From Eledone cirrhosa (lineage: Eukaryota), in assembly GCA_964016885.1 (NCBI GenBank), contig OZ024741.1:67704001-67768000 (forward strand): a stretch of DNA of 64,000 nt, written 5' to 3'. Below the pieces are notes generated by a model. That model was given only the letters and a program-made list of their open reading frames with translations. It was not told the DNA's origin and did not search any database. Of this stretch, positions 14,198-29,319 are shown piece by piece (the stretch's first letter is position 1; every line of letters starts with the position of its first letter). Position numbers and translations under genes: made by a program.

Positions 14198-14426
14198 CCA
14201 AGATAATAATAAATGGAAACTATATTTATAAAACCATATTTATTTTATTATGTATATTTCAAGGGCGACCAAGCATGTGATTTCCATGGATATGTCATTA
14301 TTTATAAAACAAATTTTGTATTTTATCTGATGAAAGCGCACCAAGTTTTGCTTGGTCGCCCTTGAAATATATATAATAAAATAAATATGGTTTTATAAAT
14401 ACAGTTTCCATTTATTATTATCTTGG
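14198..14426. mobile_element. Inverted pLTR pair of a PLE-derived module
   Basis: 14198-14274 is a near-perfect reverse complement of ~14350-14426; TA-rich microsatellites at ~14070-14108 and from 14427. Confidence 0.8.
14319..14383 (+). ncRNA. Type I hammerhead ribozyme motif
   Basis: Stem I TATTTTAT/ATAAAATA (8 bp), CTGATGA at 14327, stem II AAGCGCACCAAG/CTTGGTCGCCCTT, GAAA at 14364, palindromic TATATA, then UA. Confidence 0.8.
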
Positions 14427-14480
14427 TATGTATATATATATATTTATATATGTATGTATATATATATATATTTATTTATT

Positions 14481-14636
14481 TAATATAGAAAAGGCTTCTA
14501 CGGGACTAGAACTGTTTCCTTCGAAGGAAATCATCAGGAAGGCCTTCCTGGTGATTTCTATATTAAATATTGTATATACTCTACTATGTATTCAGTACAC
14601 CTTACTTACTGTAGTTACTCCAGATGAAACTGTGAT
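14481..14636. mobile_element. Microsatellite-embedded family B module (PLE-like). Other copies: 16056-16227, 27361-27465, 28306-28370, 47831-47941
   Basis: Shared GGACTAGAACTGTTTC inverted arm and CTATGTATT(G/C)AGTAC..CTTACTTACTGT tail. The minus strand has CTGATGA..GAAACAGTTCTAGTC. Confidence 0.75.
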
Positions 14637-14643
14637 ACACACG

Positions 14644-14792
<149 letters not shown>

Positions 14793-15140
14793 GCACACAC
14801 ACACACACACACACACGCACACACACTCACACACAAACACACACAAACGCACACAAACACACACAAACACACACACTGAGACACACACACACAAACACAC
14901 ACACATATATATATATGCATATAAGGAATACGAAGTGGACGTTTTGACGTGTTTACTTGTTAGGCAGGTTACATAAATACGTGTGCAAGTGTAATACAGA
15001 TGAGGATATACCTAACGTTATGTTCGAGCATCTGATACAAATATATATGTCTGCCTGTGTCAGTGCCTGTGTGTATATAAGCCTAATGTAACTGAGAAAC
15101 AAACTCCTCTAACAGACTATATGTATGCACGTATATATAC

Positions 15141-15171
<31 letters not shown>

Positions 15172-15208
15172 CGATTGTGAGTATGTTTGTGTGTGAGAGT
15201 ATACAGAC

Positions 15209-15346
<138 letters not shown>

Positions 15347-15509
15347 GAGGGGGGGGGGAAGAGATAAATTAGCTGACTCACAACAAATAAGATAGATCGA
15401 TAGATGGTTAGGTGGGTAAATATGTGGGTAAAAGGTGGGTAAATACCTGCTGCTTATAAAGCTGCATTACATATGCAGCTTTATAAGCAGCAGGTATAAG
15501 TATATATAT

Positions 15510-15603
<94 letters not shown>

Positions 15604-15666
15604 GTCCCAAGGCTCTGATACCATCAACACCATAAACACAGAGCTGGCATATCTAAGAAGTGACTA

Positions 15667-15722
15667 ACTGCCTGATGAGGTCATAGCCATTCAATGGCTA
15701 TCATGGAAATATATATAGCAGT
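15667..15722 (+). ncRNA. Type I hammerhead ribozyme motif in a (TA)n-flanked module (15602-15768)
   Basis: ACTGC-CTGATGA-stem II (ATAGCCAT/ATGGCTAT, imperfect base)-GAAA-TATATA-TA-GCAGT, then AATAAA at 15724. Confidence 0.7.
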
Positions 15723-15763
15723 AAATAAAGGATTATGAGTTCTTGCAATTGACTGATGTTTCG

Positions 15764-15813
<50 letters not shown>

Positions 15814-15815
<2 letters not shown>

Positions 15816-15903
15816 AGTAAGTAAGACCCCGACGGCTGAGCTCAAGCCGTTTCGACGGCTAATGCGTTATGGTTCACCTGGTTCCTTACTACTTTTCCTT
15901 TGC
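15814..15903 (+). mobile_element. Family A (TA)n-embedded module, internally deleted copy (a tail-only copy lies at 16288-16375)
   Basis: Shares GACCCCGACGGCTGAGCTCAAGCCGTTTCGACGGCTA and the GCGTTATGGT.CACCTGGTTCCTTAC tail with 28828-29017. Confidence 0.85.
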
Positions 15904-15907
15904 TATA

Positions 15908-15986
<79 letters not shown>

Positions 15987-16007
15987 ATATATATCTATAT
16001 ATATATT

Positions 16008-16055
<48 letters not shown>

Positions 16056-16231
16056 GATGAGATTCTACAGGACTAGAACTGTTTCATTTTTTAGAAATCA
16101 TCATGATGATTTCTAAAGAATGAAACAGTTCTAGTCCTGAGAATCTCATCTATATTAAAACTGTTATACTCTGCTATGTATTGAATACCTTACTTACCGT
16201 GGTTACCTCCGATTCAACCCGGAATAACTTA

Positions 16232-16272
<41 letters not shown>

Positions 16273-16374
16273 ATCTATGCATATATACTGGTTCCTATTA
16301 CCCACTCTACTACCCCAAGTATTGAGTACTTTGGTGCGTTATGGTCCACCTGGTTCCTTACCACATTTCCTTCG

Positions 16375-16419
<45 letters not shown>

Positions 16420-16972
16420 CATATATATATTATATATATATTATATATATATATATAAATATAATATAATATTCTATGCATGTAGACGACGAGTTAGGTA
16501 TGATATATGATTCGACGGGTGCTGGACATGTGGATTATTGGTGAGATAGCCATACCTGAACTACAAAAGAATATACCTCTGCATATAAGTGTACACACAC
16601 ACACACACACACACATATCCCCACACATACATACACATACACACTCACACAGACATACCCATACACACACACACACACATACATACACACTCACACACAC
16701 GCACACATACGCACATACCCACATACATACCCACACACATACACACTCACACACACACACATACCCCCCTCCCCCACACACACATATATATATATTATGA
16801 GTACTATATACCGAAGTAGTTTAAATATTTATTTTATTAAGGCCATGTAGTGAGTGTTGCTACTTTGGAATAATTCCAATGTAATAAGACTCACTATTTA
16901 GCCTTGAGAAAATGAATATTTAAACCTCTACTTGGGTATTGAGTACTCTTTTCTCTCGGTCATTAACTACAC

Positions 16973-17048
<76 letters not shown>

Positions 17049-17125
17049 GAGACGCACCCCGGCTGAGCGCTTGCCGTTTCAACAGACCCTTCCACACACA
17101 TACACACATATATAATTGTGTATGT

Positions 17126-17184
<59 letters not shown>

Positions 17185-17200
17185 CATATACACTCATACA

Positions 17201-17318
<118 letters not shown>

Positions 17319-17519
17319 CATATATAATATGTATGTATGTATACATACACAACCAATCTAACACACACTGAAATATTTCAAAGAATAAATTAACTCACAC
17401 CGTCAATAAGCTCATGAAGCCTAAATGTGTTTCCTCGAGGCGGTATTCATTGCAGTAAAACCTTCTTTTAACTCAAACCTTATTATAGATTTAAATATAA
17501 AAAAGGAAACATTATTTGA

Positions 17520-17640
17520 TTCTGAGTTCAAATCCCGCCGAGGTTAACTTTGCCTTTCATCCTTACGGGGTCGATAAAATAAAGTACCAGTAATACACTG
17601 GGTAATTGCTGGCCTTGTACCAAAAGTAGAAACAATTATT
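17520..17640 (+). mobile_element. SINE family 1, 5'-truncated
   Basis: Matches consensus from the B-box to the 3' end. Confidence 0.85.
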
Positions 17641-18004
17641 TGATGTTACTCCCACACACCTTTAGATACCATAGTTCTGCACGTTCAGTTTGGAATTAAT
17701 ACCATAACATAAATAAGTGAATAAATATATAAATAAATAGATAACATTGACTTTACGTCAGCAACAATGACAAAATCAAATGTGTTGATGGCAGGAAAAT
17801 TTATCCATTATCTGTTAGAAAGAGTAGCCAAAGTCCCATCACATAGTGTGTTACATTGGACAAATTCAGAGAAGCCCAAACACACAAACATATATACTTA
17901 GCCACACAGGCACATTTATGCATATGTATATATATATATATGTGTGTATGTATGTGTGTGTATTTATATATATATATATAAATACATATATGGACCATAA
18001 CGCA

Positions 18005-18050
<46 letters not shown>

Positions 18051-18052
<2 letters not shown>

Positions 18053-18670
18053 GGTGGCTGCCAACTCGTTTCGAGTACGGCCACTACTTTATATCCATGT
18101 AGGAGAACCCCTACCGATGCGCTGAACGAGTGTGACTTTTTAGTCCAGCCAGCGACTTGATAACTCTGGTACAAACACTACACTTTTGACAATTATACAA
18201 CATATATACATACATACATATATATGTATACATTGTTGAAACTCCAGTTTTTATATATATACAGTGGCTGCGTCTCGGTTTAGAGAATTGCCATCTCTTG
18301 ACATTTTTCTCATACATGGTGGGCACTAACATGACTTTTAGCTTTGCCAACGACTTCGATTCATTTTTGCATATGCTGCAGCGAAAGAAAAAAAAAGGCC
18401 AAGCTCACTCAGCATATATGGAAGTCGTTTAGATTAAGTTATGTCTGTGCTTGAAGTGCTTTTAAGTGATCAAAGACCTTGCACTGGGCAAATGCCACTC
18501 TCTGAACAACGGTGACAGTTATCCAAAAGGAAAAACAGGGCAACATTATTGGCTGCCATAGTTCTACATAAGAGTTCTATATGAGAGTTCTACATGAGAG
18601 TTCTACATGAGAGTTTTCCCTCTTCTAGAACGTTGTCCTAACAAGAAATAGTGGTCTCTTACTCCCGGAG
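18051..18670 (-). mobile_element. RTE-derived element, related to 46137-46749
   Basis: 18051-18200 is nearly identical to 46137-46283; 18480-18670 is a diverged match to 46385-46550. Confidence 0.65.
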
Positions 18671-19417
18671 GGCTACTCATGCACTGGGGCACCAAACTGA
18701 GTATGTTTCCACGCATCAAACATGCATACACATACATACACACACATACATGCATTCATACATATACACATACATACACACACATACATACATTCATACA
18801 TATACACATACATACACACACATACATACATTCATACATATAGACATACATACACATACATAAATACATACACACATACATACACGCACAGCAGACACAC
18901 ATACAGACATACGCACACACACACCACACATATATATATATATATTCAAGAAATGGTCAACAAGTTCACCAAAATCAACATTATCGTCAAGGATGCTAAG
19001 AACAACAACAATAACACCTCACTATCGAGTGAACCTGCACATTGTCAATTGATTTGCTTGAAATAGCAACTACACGTCCCTCATATCTCCCTGCCAAATT
19101 TTAAACACGAGAAATACTACGAGTAATGTCCTAGTCCACATATATTCATGATTGGGGCTTACCTGGGAATAAACTATATTAACTAAATCAACAGTAAGGA
19201 AAGCAATGACAACAACAACAAAGTCAATATCAGTGGTATAAGAACAAGGAACAAAAGTATTTGGTCGTTTGATCCGCTAGAAATATCTGTCAAAGTTTAC
19301 TTGAATCATCTTTTACCATCTGCAAATATGCATACGCACATGATTTTATATCTATATCTATATCTATATCGATATATAGCCGTTTCAACAGCTAGATCCG
19401 AACTGGATAAATAAATA

Positions 19418-19473
<56 letters not shown>

Positions 19474-19705
19474 TACAGAGAGAGTGAGAGAGAAAGGGAC
19501 AGACAGATAATGAGAAAGACTCATTGAACAAGGTCTATTGATTTACATAAAACAATAGTTAGATGGTCATGGCTGGAATACATCTTGCATCATAGATATT
19601 GGTCCGTCAGGGCCCACATGGGACTAAATAAAATCAACAGCAACAGGTACGAAAATAACGAATAAGACAATTAAATGTAGAAAAATTAGTAATTAATATA
19701 TATAT

Positions 19706-20020
19706 GGGAAAATGTTCAAGACCCCGACGGCAGAGCTCAAGCCGTTTCGACGCTATTTCTGGAGTCCAGAAATAGCCGTCGGGGTCTTGAACATTTTCCT
19801 TTACCCACTCTACTTCCCAAAGTATTGAGTACTATGGTGCGTTATGGTCCACCTGGTTCCTTACCACACTTCCTTCGTTATATATATATATGAAAAGATT
19901 CAGGACCACTACGGCTGAGCTCCAGCCGTTTCGATAGCTAGATCCCACTCTACTACCCCAAGTATCGATTACTCTGGTGGGTCATAGTCCACCTGGTCTT
20001 TTTTACCACACCTTATCTGA
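19706..20020 (+). mobile_element. Two tandem family A modules separated by (TA)n
   Basis: 19706-19878 (hairpin plus tail) and a diverged copy at 19892-20020. Confidence 0.85.
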
Positions 20021-21770
20021 TATATATATATATATTTATTTATTTATTTATATATATAAATATACATATGTATATATATATATATATTTATGCATATATA
20101 TAAAATGAATGAATAACAGAATGAATGAATATTTGAATAAATAGATTAATGAATGAATGAGTAAATGAATGAATGAATAAGCGGATTGTTTTTTAATGAA
20201 ACGTAAGGAGAGCATGCATGACTCACGAAAAATGTGGGTGTTTTTCTGACATGAGCTGCTGTTGACTTGTAGCACATGACTGCAGTGTGTTGTATGTTGT
20301 AGTTGTGGTTATACCGATGATGAGGTTGTTGTCGTATAGTATAGTGGGGGGAGGGAGTCGTCGTTGTTGTAGTGATGATATGGTAGTTGTGGGGCTGGAG
20401 TGGACCATAGCATTACAAATTGTAGTATGGCACTCGAAGGTATTATTGTTGGTAGTATAGTGCTTGCGGTGTATACGAAGTTATATCAAATTGTTGTCGT
20501 AGAGTTAAAGTGGGTATGGAGAAATGTTTGCATAAGATCTGATTGTAATTATGGGGAGGTTAGTGATAGTTGTATTGGTTGTAGTTGTGCCGGCAGCAGC
20601 GGTGCTGTGATGGTTCTAGTCATTCTGTTGGTGTTTGTTGTTGCAATTGCTCTTTAGTTTCATGACCATCCCGTCTTCTTGTATATGACGAACTATATTA
20701 TGGAATGTGAGGGCACGTGTCTTAGTGGTAAGGATGTTCCTCTCGCGGTCGTAAGGTTGAGAGCTCGTTGCACTAGCTGTCAAAATTCATTTGCACCTGT
20801 GAGTTAAAAGTTCCAGCCTTCTCAAAGACACTCTCACACTGAATTTTCATGAGGACTATGTTATGAGTACACGTGTATGTGGAATGCTCGGCTACTTACA
20901 CCTAAATTTTACAAGTGAGCTGTTCCAACCCACACATTGTTGAATGTGGCCTTTTCTTTCATTCAGAACTGTATATGATTTCAGGGGTTTGGGGCTGCTG
21001 ATTCTTGTACTATGAGGGACCACGTAGACACTCCATAATTATATGGACAACTGGAACCCTGTATTACTAATTTAGCCTGACAACTGCTCCAGCTATTCTT
21101 CGATTAAAAGACATTCAAGGTACAACTATGGAGCTGAATATATATACTGACTCAAATATTAATTAATTAAACTAAATGTATTGTCGAACAGCTGAAAATG
21201 CTTGAAATTTGAAAATGTCAGGCTAATATTTGATCGCCATAGATAATATTTCAGAAAATTGAGTAAATTACCTTTAAAGGCAGAAAATATGTATCCAATT
21301 TTCTCAATTCTTATCAATAGCGATCGACTTTTATTACAGTTGTTTCTTACGACTCTCACCTGTTAAAGTAATTCATTAATTTAAGTTATATACATGTTAT
21401 ATTTTATAGTTCTCGTTCTTAAACTTATTTTGTCGCAGAACCTTTATATAATTTTCTGAAAATCTCAGAAACCAATAGTTTATCACTCGTAGTTTTAATA
21501 AAACATTGACTGAAACAAAAATTCTTTTCGAAAGACAATTTATTCATATGAAGAAAAGAAGTATTAAATTGTATTAAATTTTAAAAAAAGATATTTTGCG
21601 GAATCACTTTGAGGAAACACTGCTCTATAGTTATACCTATGTTTTTGTTATGTCATTTTATTCGTCTTTTAATTTGTGAGTAGTCACATGTCGAAAGCAA
21701 TTCTCCAGGGTACTGGAGAAGCATTGTTCAAAAAGCAGGGTTCTTAGTTTGTGATATTATATTGCTAATA

Positions 21771-21953
21771 GGGCGGTGGATTGGCAGTGTCGGTTGAGGG
21801 ACGCCATGCCTTGACGCATAGAGTTACGGCCCTTGCTATTCTGATTTCAAATCCCGCCGAGATTAACCTTGCTTTTCATCCTTACGGGGTCGATAAAATA
21901 AAGTACCAGTAATACACTGGGTAATTGCTGGTTTTGTGCCAAAAGTAGAAACA
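21771..21953 (+). mobile_element. SINE family 1, full length, 15-bp TSD
   Basis: TSD ATTATATTGCTAATA at 21756-21770 and 21954-21968. Confidence 0.92.
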
Positions 21954-22414
21954 ATTATATTGCTAATATTTTATGTGGTATTAGTAACGTTATATATATA
22001 TATGTGTTGGTGGATATAGGAGTAATAGCAATAGCATTGCTATAACGTAATTCATAATAGAGGTGTATAAGAAGACATACACGATATCATAAAATATAGT
22101 AAACATATACGTCTCACTATGAGCGCTTTAAGCAGTCACACTACCGTTCGGGAACACCGGACTCGAGTATTTCAGGATTTCCCATCCATCAACAGTGGCG
22201 CTTACTCACTCGCACTGAGAGAAGAAGAATCTAAATATTATACACTTTTAGCGTAATGGGGTAATTTTGTTGTATTTTATATTGATAGTGCTGGTAATGG
22301 AGTTAGTGGTGGTAGGTGCAATTAGTGATGTTGGTGGTAGTGTCATTTGAATATTGTTAATGGTGGTATGAGAGCTTTGAGCCCTGTGTGGGTAATAAAG
22401 AAATTATTATTATT

Positions 22415-22840
22415 GCTTAACCCAAGGTCAATTCTGATTGACTGACCCAGCTGAATCAAGCCCTTTCTCCCCTTTTCTTTGGTGATCTGTTGCAATTTCG
22501 AGAATTTTGGCTTTTTCATTTATGACAACACAATGTAGTTTTGAAGAGATTTGGCTGTTATTTCTAGCAGTTCGCGCGACCACATAGATTTATTGTTGAT
22601 TGGTTGTGCTAGCGAAGTTATCTTTGTTTAAGCTCAGTTTAGCCCTGAGTGAACTAACCTGTTATCAAAAGTATTCTAGTCATCGAATATTTGTTCGTAT
22701 TTGTTAGAGATATAAGGGAACACAATGTTCAAAGCATCTTTCTTCTTGTTTAGGGAAGAAAGTTATAATTTCAGGGTATTTGGCATTTATTTCTAGCAAT
22801 TGAGGTGATCACGTAGAGGTTTCCTCGTTAGTTCGCCCTC
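22415..22840 (+). repeat. Old ~200-bp interspersed repeat (family C), two tandem copies. Further diverged copies near 19.1-19.6, 20.7-21.0, 23.5, 24.0-24.4, 25.5, 38.0, 39.2-39.7, 40.4-41.4, 47.5 and 56.3-56.7 kb
   Basis: Recurrent 5' motif TTTAGCCC..GTCAGCCCTGAT..A.CAGACCTATGATCAAA and 3' motif TTTGGCTG.TATTTCTAGCAG..GAGCGACCACGTAGAG. Confidence 0.65.
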
Positions 22841-25800
22841 GTGAAGTTAGTGATAGCAGTCCAGAATAGAAGAAGGGAGCAGATGGGACAGTTTGCAAGA
22901 CCCTACAATTTTGAGAGGATCTATTGAAAAGGTGAACCCTTTAGTAAAATATTACATTTAAAAATAACATCGTTCTAGTTATTTCATACGGTTCTGGTAC
23001 CTGTAGGTATACTACATGTACATATATATATAAACATGAAACCAATACATAAATTATACGTATTTAGCACTGATTGCTAAAATACTTGATGAGCAGTTTG
23101 AAATGGTGTTGGGTTACTGTTAGCGTCAGAAACTTGGCCTCATGGTAGTTCATATAGATCTTAAATTTCTCATTTAGTATGACCTTATTTCCAGCATTGC
23201 ACCAGTACCATTTATGGAAAAATAATTGATGTTAGTGGTGTGATGAAAGTGTTTGTGTATACGTGTGTGTGTGTGTACATGCGTGCGTGTAATAGGATGA
23301 TAGAAATGATGGTTGTGTTGGTGTTAGAGATGTTGCAAGTTTGTGTATGTGTGTTTGTGTTGTCTGTATGTATTTGTGGTGTATGTATGTGTTTGTGTTT
23401 TTTCTAGTAATAACAGTGATTTTAATGGCATATTTAATAGATTCCATTATCTAGGTAGTTGTTCGTGTTGTTTAGCTCTATCTTAGTCTCTACCGAATAG
23501 ACCAATCATTCTAGACTTTTTACGGTTTATTTAGGAATACCCAGTGTGTCCTTTTCCTTTTCAAGTCAATAAGAATGTGATTTAATGGAGGTTCGAGACG
23601 TTAGAGCGTCGGATAAAATGTTTTTCAGTATTTCTGTCGATTCTGCACTCTGAGTTCGAATCTCACCAAGGTCATCTTTGTCTTTCATCATACAGAGGTC
23701 GATAAAAAATGTACCAGTCCAGTACAGGGGTCAATTCCTTTTCTGTATCTTTTTCTCAGTTTTTTCTCTATCACTCCTACTTCTTCTCTGGAATAAACCG
23801 GGGGAGTACAGAACTGGAGAGGAGACGGGCTCCACCAGGTTTAAGAAATAACCCACCAGGAGTGACGCGTTTAAAGTAGAAGAGATGGAATGGCTAGTTC
23901 TAACAGATTGAGTGACATCTTAGAGGATTCATTCAATAATATTTGTGTTACTAATGGTGTCGTTAGAATTGTTACTATTGTAATTCCTAGTCTTGTTGTT
24001 TATGTTTAGCCAAAGTCAACACTTATACAACAGACACATCATCAAAGTGCTCTACCCTAGACTATTTCATATTTTGACTTGTATATAAGGCAATTATGTT
24101 GTTCAATGAACTTTTTAAGGGGCATTTGACTTGTATTTTGGAGGTGAGGTCACTTGTTAGCTCGTGTGTGATGTTAGCGAAGTAGTTGTTATACGGTTGT
24201 TATTCAGCTTCAAATCAGTCCTGTGGTCCAGCAGATCTATCATAAAAAGTATTCTATCTTTGCTCATCCCATCGTTTTGTGTATATTTAGGACTACATCG
24301 TAAACTGTGTTCTTTCCATTTTAGGAGACTAGGGCGTTATCTAAGGAAATTTTTTTGCTATTTCTAATTGGGCGATGATCGACCACGTACAGGCACCCTC
24401 TGATGCTAATGGTATATATATATATATACACATATATGTGTGTGAGAGAGTGAGAGAGAGAGGGGGGAGACAGAGGGAAAGAGAGAGAGAGTGTGTGTGT
24501 GTATGAATGAAGGTAAGTCAACAAAAAAAAAACATGGGAGAGTAATGCAATACAAAAATACAAAATTTCGGATGTCAGTCGTTCATATACACCCCCACCC
24601 TCATCCCCCGTATACACACACACACACACACACATATACATATATATATATATATATATATCCTGTCATTTCACGTCATACCATGTCATACCTTATGAGG
24701 CGTTAGCGTAACTCCAAAAATGAATGCTTTTTGTGTTATTGTCATATGGGGAATCAAAAATGTGTTTAATATTAGTGATTTTTTTTTAAACAGAGATAGA
24801 TGGTGGTGATGACGGTGGGGATGATATTGCTAATAGTTATGAAGTAGTGTTAATGGGGATGATGAGGGTGATGGTGATGAAGTTGATGATGTTGCTTATA
24901 GTGACACTAATGATGGTGGTTGCAACGAATTTGATGCTAGTAAAGGCTGTTATAGTGATGATGATGTTTATATTGGCTGTGTAACGGCAAGGGAGGTGTG
25001 TCTGTTGGTAATGATAGTGCTTGCTCTTGTAATGGTAGCAGTAGTACAGTTGGTTTTACATGTAGTAGTTCTACTAATGAAAGTGGTTGAACAGTTTGTT
25101 GTTGTTATAGAGGATGGAGGGACTTTCGTCGGTTTCGAAGTTGACTTTTCCAGCAAGTCAATCAACAAAACAGCCCGCTAATAAAATTAACATGTAAGTG
25201 GCCGAGCCTTCTATAGACACGTGTACCCTTAACATAGTTCTCATGGAGATTCGGCGTGATACAATGTGTGAAAAGGCTGGTTCCATGAATTAAAGATACA
25301 TTCCATGAGGACAGACTTCCAATCAGTTTACGTCCATCTAATTTAACTCACAAGGATTGAATTTTCCTGAGGTTGTGATAAATGACACATGTACATACGT
25401 CCTGCAGTCGGAACGAACCTGGGACATAATGATTGTGAAGGGAAGTCCTTAACCCTTCGATCATGTTGTTGCTATTATAGTTGTTTTTACTTAGCCTAAG
25501 TTAAGCCCTAAACGAATAAACCTTTGATCAATTGCTTTCAGTCATGACCATCACTGTTCTATGTGTAGAATGACCAACCCTACATTGTCGAATATCAGAG
25601 GTCCTATATTCCCATGGCAGAGTTAGCGGAAGGGACAAATGGGGTAGTAACATTATAATAAATATTACATTTTTATTGTGGAAGGCAACGTTTGCTTAAA
25701 TAACAGTAGACAAAAGAACCGACTAATATATACACATTGACATAAATACATATTGATATGCATGCATGTCTACAATCTTCAACAAATAAACACAAATACA

Positions 25801-25876
25801 CGCCCACAGACTCTTTGTGCATCCCCCCCCTCTCTCTCTCTCATTCCCTCTTTCTCACTCTCTTTCTTTCCCACTG

Positions 25877-25930
<54 letters not shown>

Positions 25931-26134
25931 AAAACACCTAAATACCTTTATTTACATACATTGTTATATATATATATATATATATGTACACACACGATGT
26001 CCCATGATGATAGAACACATTTTAAATGCAAGCACCTTGGTTTATAATAATAAAATTGAGTATTTATTGCATAAAAATAAAATGTGCCCCATAAAAATGG
26101 GGCCCCATATATATATATATACATATACATATTT

Positions 26135-26328
26135 CTGACCTGTCAACTCTGCCCGTCCGACGGGGAGATCTACCACCCACTTTGGGTGGATGAGAGATGT
26201 CTTCTCTTGTGAGAATAGGTATAGCTTTCATTATGTAAAACCTCCCCACTTTCCCTCATTTCTCCTTTGTTTGGGGCACCTTTTTTCATGGTACTCCTCG
26301 ATTGGGTTTTTAGATGTTGGCAGGTTTG
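26135..26328 (+). mobile_element. ~195-bp MITE; further copies at 35431-35629 (+) and 36391-36583 (-)
   Basis: TIR C(A/T)GACCT(G/A)TCAAC / GTTGGCA(G/A)GT(C/T)TG; the bodies align across the three copies. Confidence 0.85.
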
Positions 26329-26448
26329 ATATATATATACGCACGTATGCATGTATGCATAGTTGTATACACACACGTATATGTATATACATTAACATTA
26401 AGTACTCAAACTGGTGAACCATCAATAACTAAACATTACACAACAATA

Positions 26449-26529
<81 letters not shown>

Positions 26530-27153
26530 GCATAAAAACATCGTGTTCATCTAGAGCGAATATAAAGCATAAATAACGTTTAAAATACCACTTAATGCCA
26601 CAAACATTTCTGAATAGGTGGTCTAACACATAATATATTATTTCTAAGCACTTGTTTTTATCTTCAAGTAGGTGTTTTAGTTTATCGGTGTTTTTTTTAT
26701 CTCCATATTTTGATAGTGGGTGGATCGCGTATGTTTCCGCCATATTGTCAGGCGTGGTAGTTGAACGATTTGCGGGCTGGGCTTGTGTAGTTCATTTTTA
26801 ATTATTTATTTAATGGCGGACACCGTTTCACGAGACTTTAACGTCCTGCTATGGTGATTTCTTACGCGAAACGAACGAATGGCGTCGGTGATGAGGAGGT
26901 TTCGCTTCTTTCTTCTAGTGCTACAATCGTTAAATTTGTTTACGTATATAAATACATTTTGGCGAAGAGAAAATATGAAAATGACATAGGTCCTACTATA
27001 TACTACTTGGGGAGGGTCATATTTGTGTAATATTGCCAGAATTAATAACAGAACACACTCACTGTTTGGTTTTCGCTTTTCGCTTCTGTGTCTTTTATAT
27101 CGGTAATCTAATTTATTCGGTCCTCAATGTTGCCATATATATATATATATATA

Positions 27154-27329
27154 ACGAAGGAAATGTGGTAAGGACCATAACGCACCAAAGTATAACGCAC
27201 CAAAGTACTCAATACTTAGGGTAGTAGAGTGGGTAATAGGAACGAGTAGGACTCCGACGGCTGAGCTCTTTTTAGTCCAGAATTAGCCGTCGAAATGGCT
27301 TGAGCTAAGCCGTCGGGGTCCTACTCGTT

Positions 27330-27331
<2 letters not shown>
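27154..27331 (-). mobile_element. Family A module
   Basis: Reverse-orientation copy between (TA)n arrays. Confidence 0.88.
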
Positions 27332-27363
<32 letters not shown>

Positions 27364-27516
27364 GATCATTTCTTCCGTGTAGAAGTCATTTCTATATTAA
27401 ATATTTATACTTTGCTATGTATTGAGTACCTTACTTACTGTGGTTAACCCCGATTAAACCCGCGATATATACACATATATATATATACACACACACACAT
27501 ATATATAAATATATAT

Positions 27517-27549
<33 letters not shown>

Positions 27550-27551
27550 CC

Positions 27552-27739
27552 GAGGGAACAATGTTTCCGTTGGTCTTTCCAATTGCTAATACTATCTATC
27601 GGTCGCAACTCCAGGTAGAAGGAGCAATGTGAAATAAAGTGTCTTGCTCAAGGACATAACGCATCGCCTGGTCCAGGAATCGAACTCACAACCATACGAT
27701 TGCGAATCCAATTCTCTAACCACTCAGCCACACGCCTTC
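27552..27739 (-). mobile_element. SINE family 2; homologous to 40457-40650
   Basis: tRNA-like head GGCGTGTGGCTGAGTGGTTAG..GAGTTCGATTCC plus TGTCCTTGAGCAAGACACTTTA core. Confidence 0.88.
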
Positions 27740-27755
27740 ATATATATATATATTA

Positions 27756-27795
<40 letters not shown>

Positions 27796-27929
27796 TTTAT
27801 TTATTTATTAATTAAATACGCTAATTTTGAATACAATATTAAATGAAACCTTACTCATTTCGGGTACTAGAGGAAGACTTGGATAATATGTAATGGTGTG
27901 ATGGGATGTGACAGCGTATATACAATTTG

Positions 27930-28148
27930 AGGTGTGCCAAAAAATGGATACACACTTTAATTACCTATACAATATTTATTAGAATGCACAACCTTTCCCC
28001 AAAATAAAATGATTTACAGACATAATTCAATTGTATGTAAACAATTGTATGTTTACATAAATTGAATAATGCATATATGATGAAAGAGAATTTATTTTAA
28101 TGCAATTTTTTGCTGTTGAAGTGTGTATACGTTTTTTAGGCATATATG
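27930..28148. mobile_element. Possible Tc1-type MITE
   Basis: Imperfect TIRs GTGCCAAAAAATGGATACACACTT / AAGTGTGTATACGTTTTTTAGGCAT. Confidence 0.45.
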
Positions 28149-28243
28149 CATGTATACACACACATACACACACACATATATACACACACACACACATATA
28201 TATATATGAGTGTGTGCGTATGTGTGTGTGTGTGTATATATAT

Positions 28244-28294
<51 letters not shown>

Positions 28295-28391
28295 TACATA
28301 TTTACATCATCAGGATTACCTAATGATTTTTTATGAATGAAATGGTACGTTTTACATAGGGAATCCATCTATATATATATATATATATATA

Positions 28392-28452
<61 letters not shown>

Positions 28453-28740
28453 ATAAAGTAAATATGTTTGGAACGCTAGATTTGGAATAGTAATAGAAGC
28501 ATGGCCGTAAGATTGGCTCCATACTATTGTCTAATGATGGGGAGTATACACCCACCGAAGAGAAACAGGTGGGTATCAACACATATAGGAGTCGAACCCA
28601 CAAATCATGGGTAGCGTACTCGTCCGGCAAACGAATTGAGTGAGATCGACTCCTATGTGTGCTGATACCCATCAGCAGGTTTATACGCCCCATTATTAGA
28701 CTATGTCATCTCTGTTGCGGCGATGCTTCTATTTCTATTT

Positions 28741-29135
<395 letters not shown>

Positions 29136-29319
29136 GATAAATCTACCAAGAGTTTACGGTAGTGTCCAATCCGTATGAAGAACTCAATGTATTCCGGATA
29201 TCATGGAAAGAAGAGATGTATATGTATATACACACACCGAACTGCATTTAACCTTTTGTGTTTTCATTGGTCAATTTTGAACTGAAATTTTGAATTGTTG
29301 TTATTATCAATAAATATAC

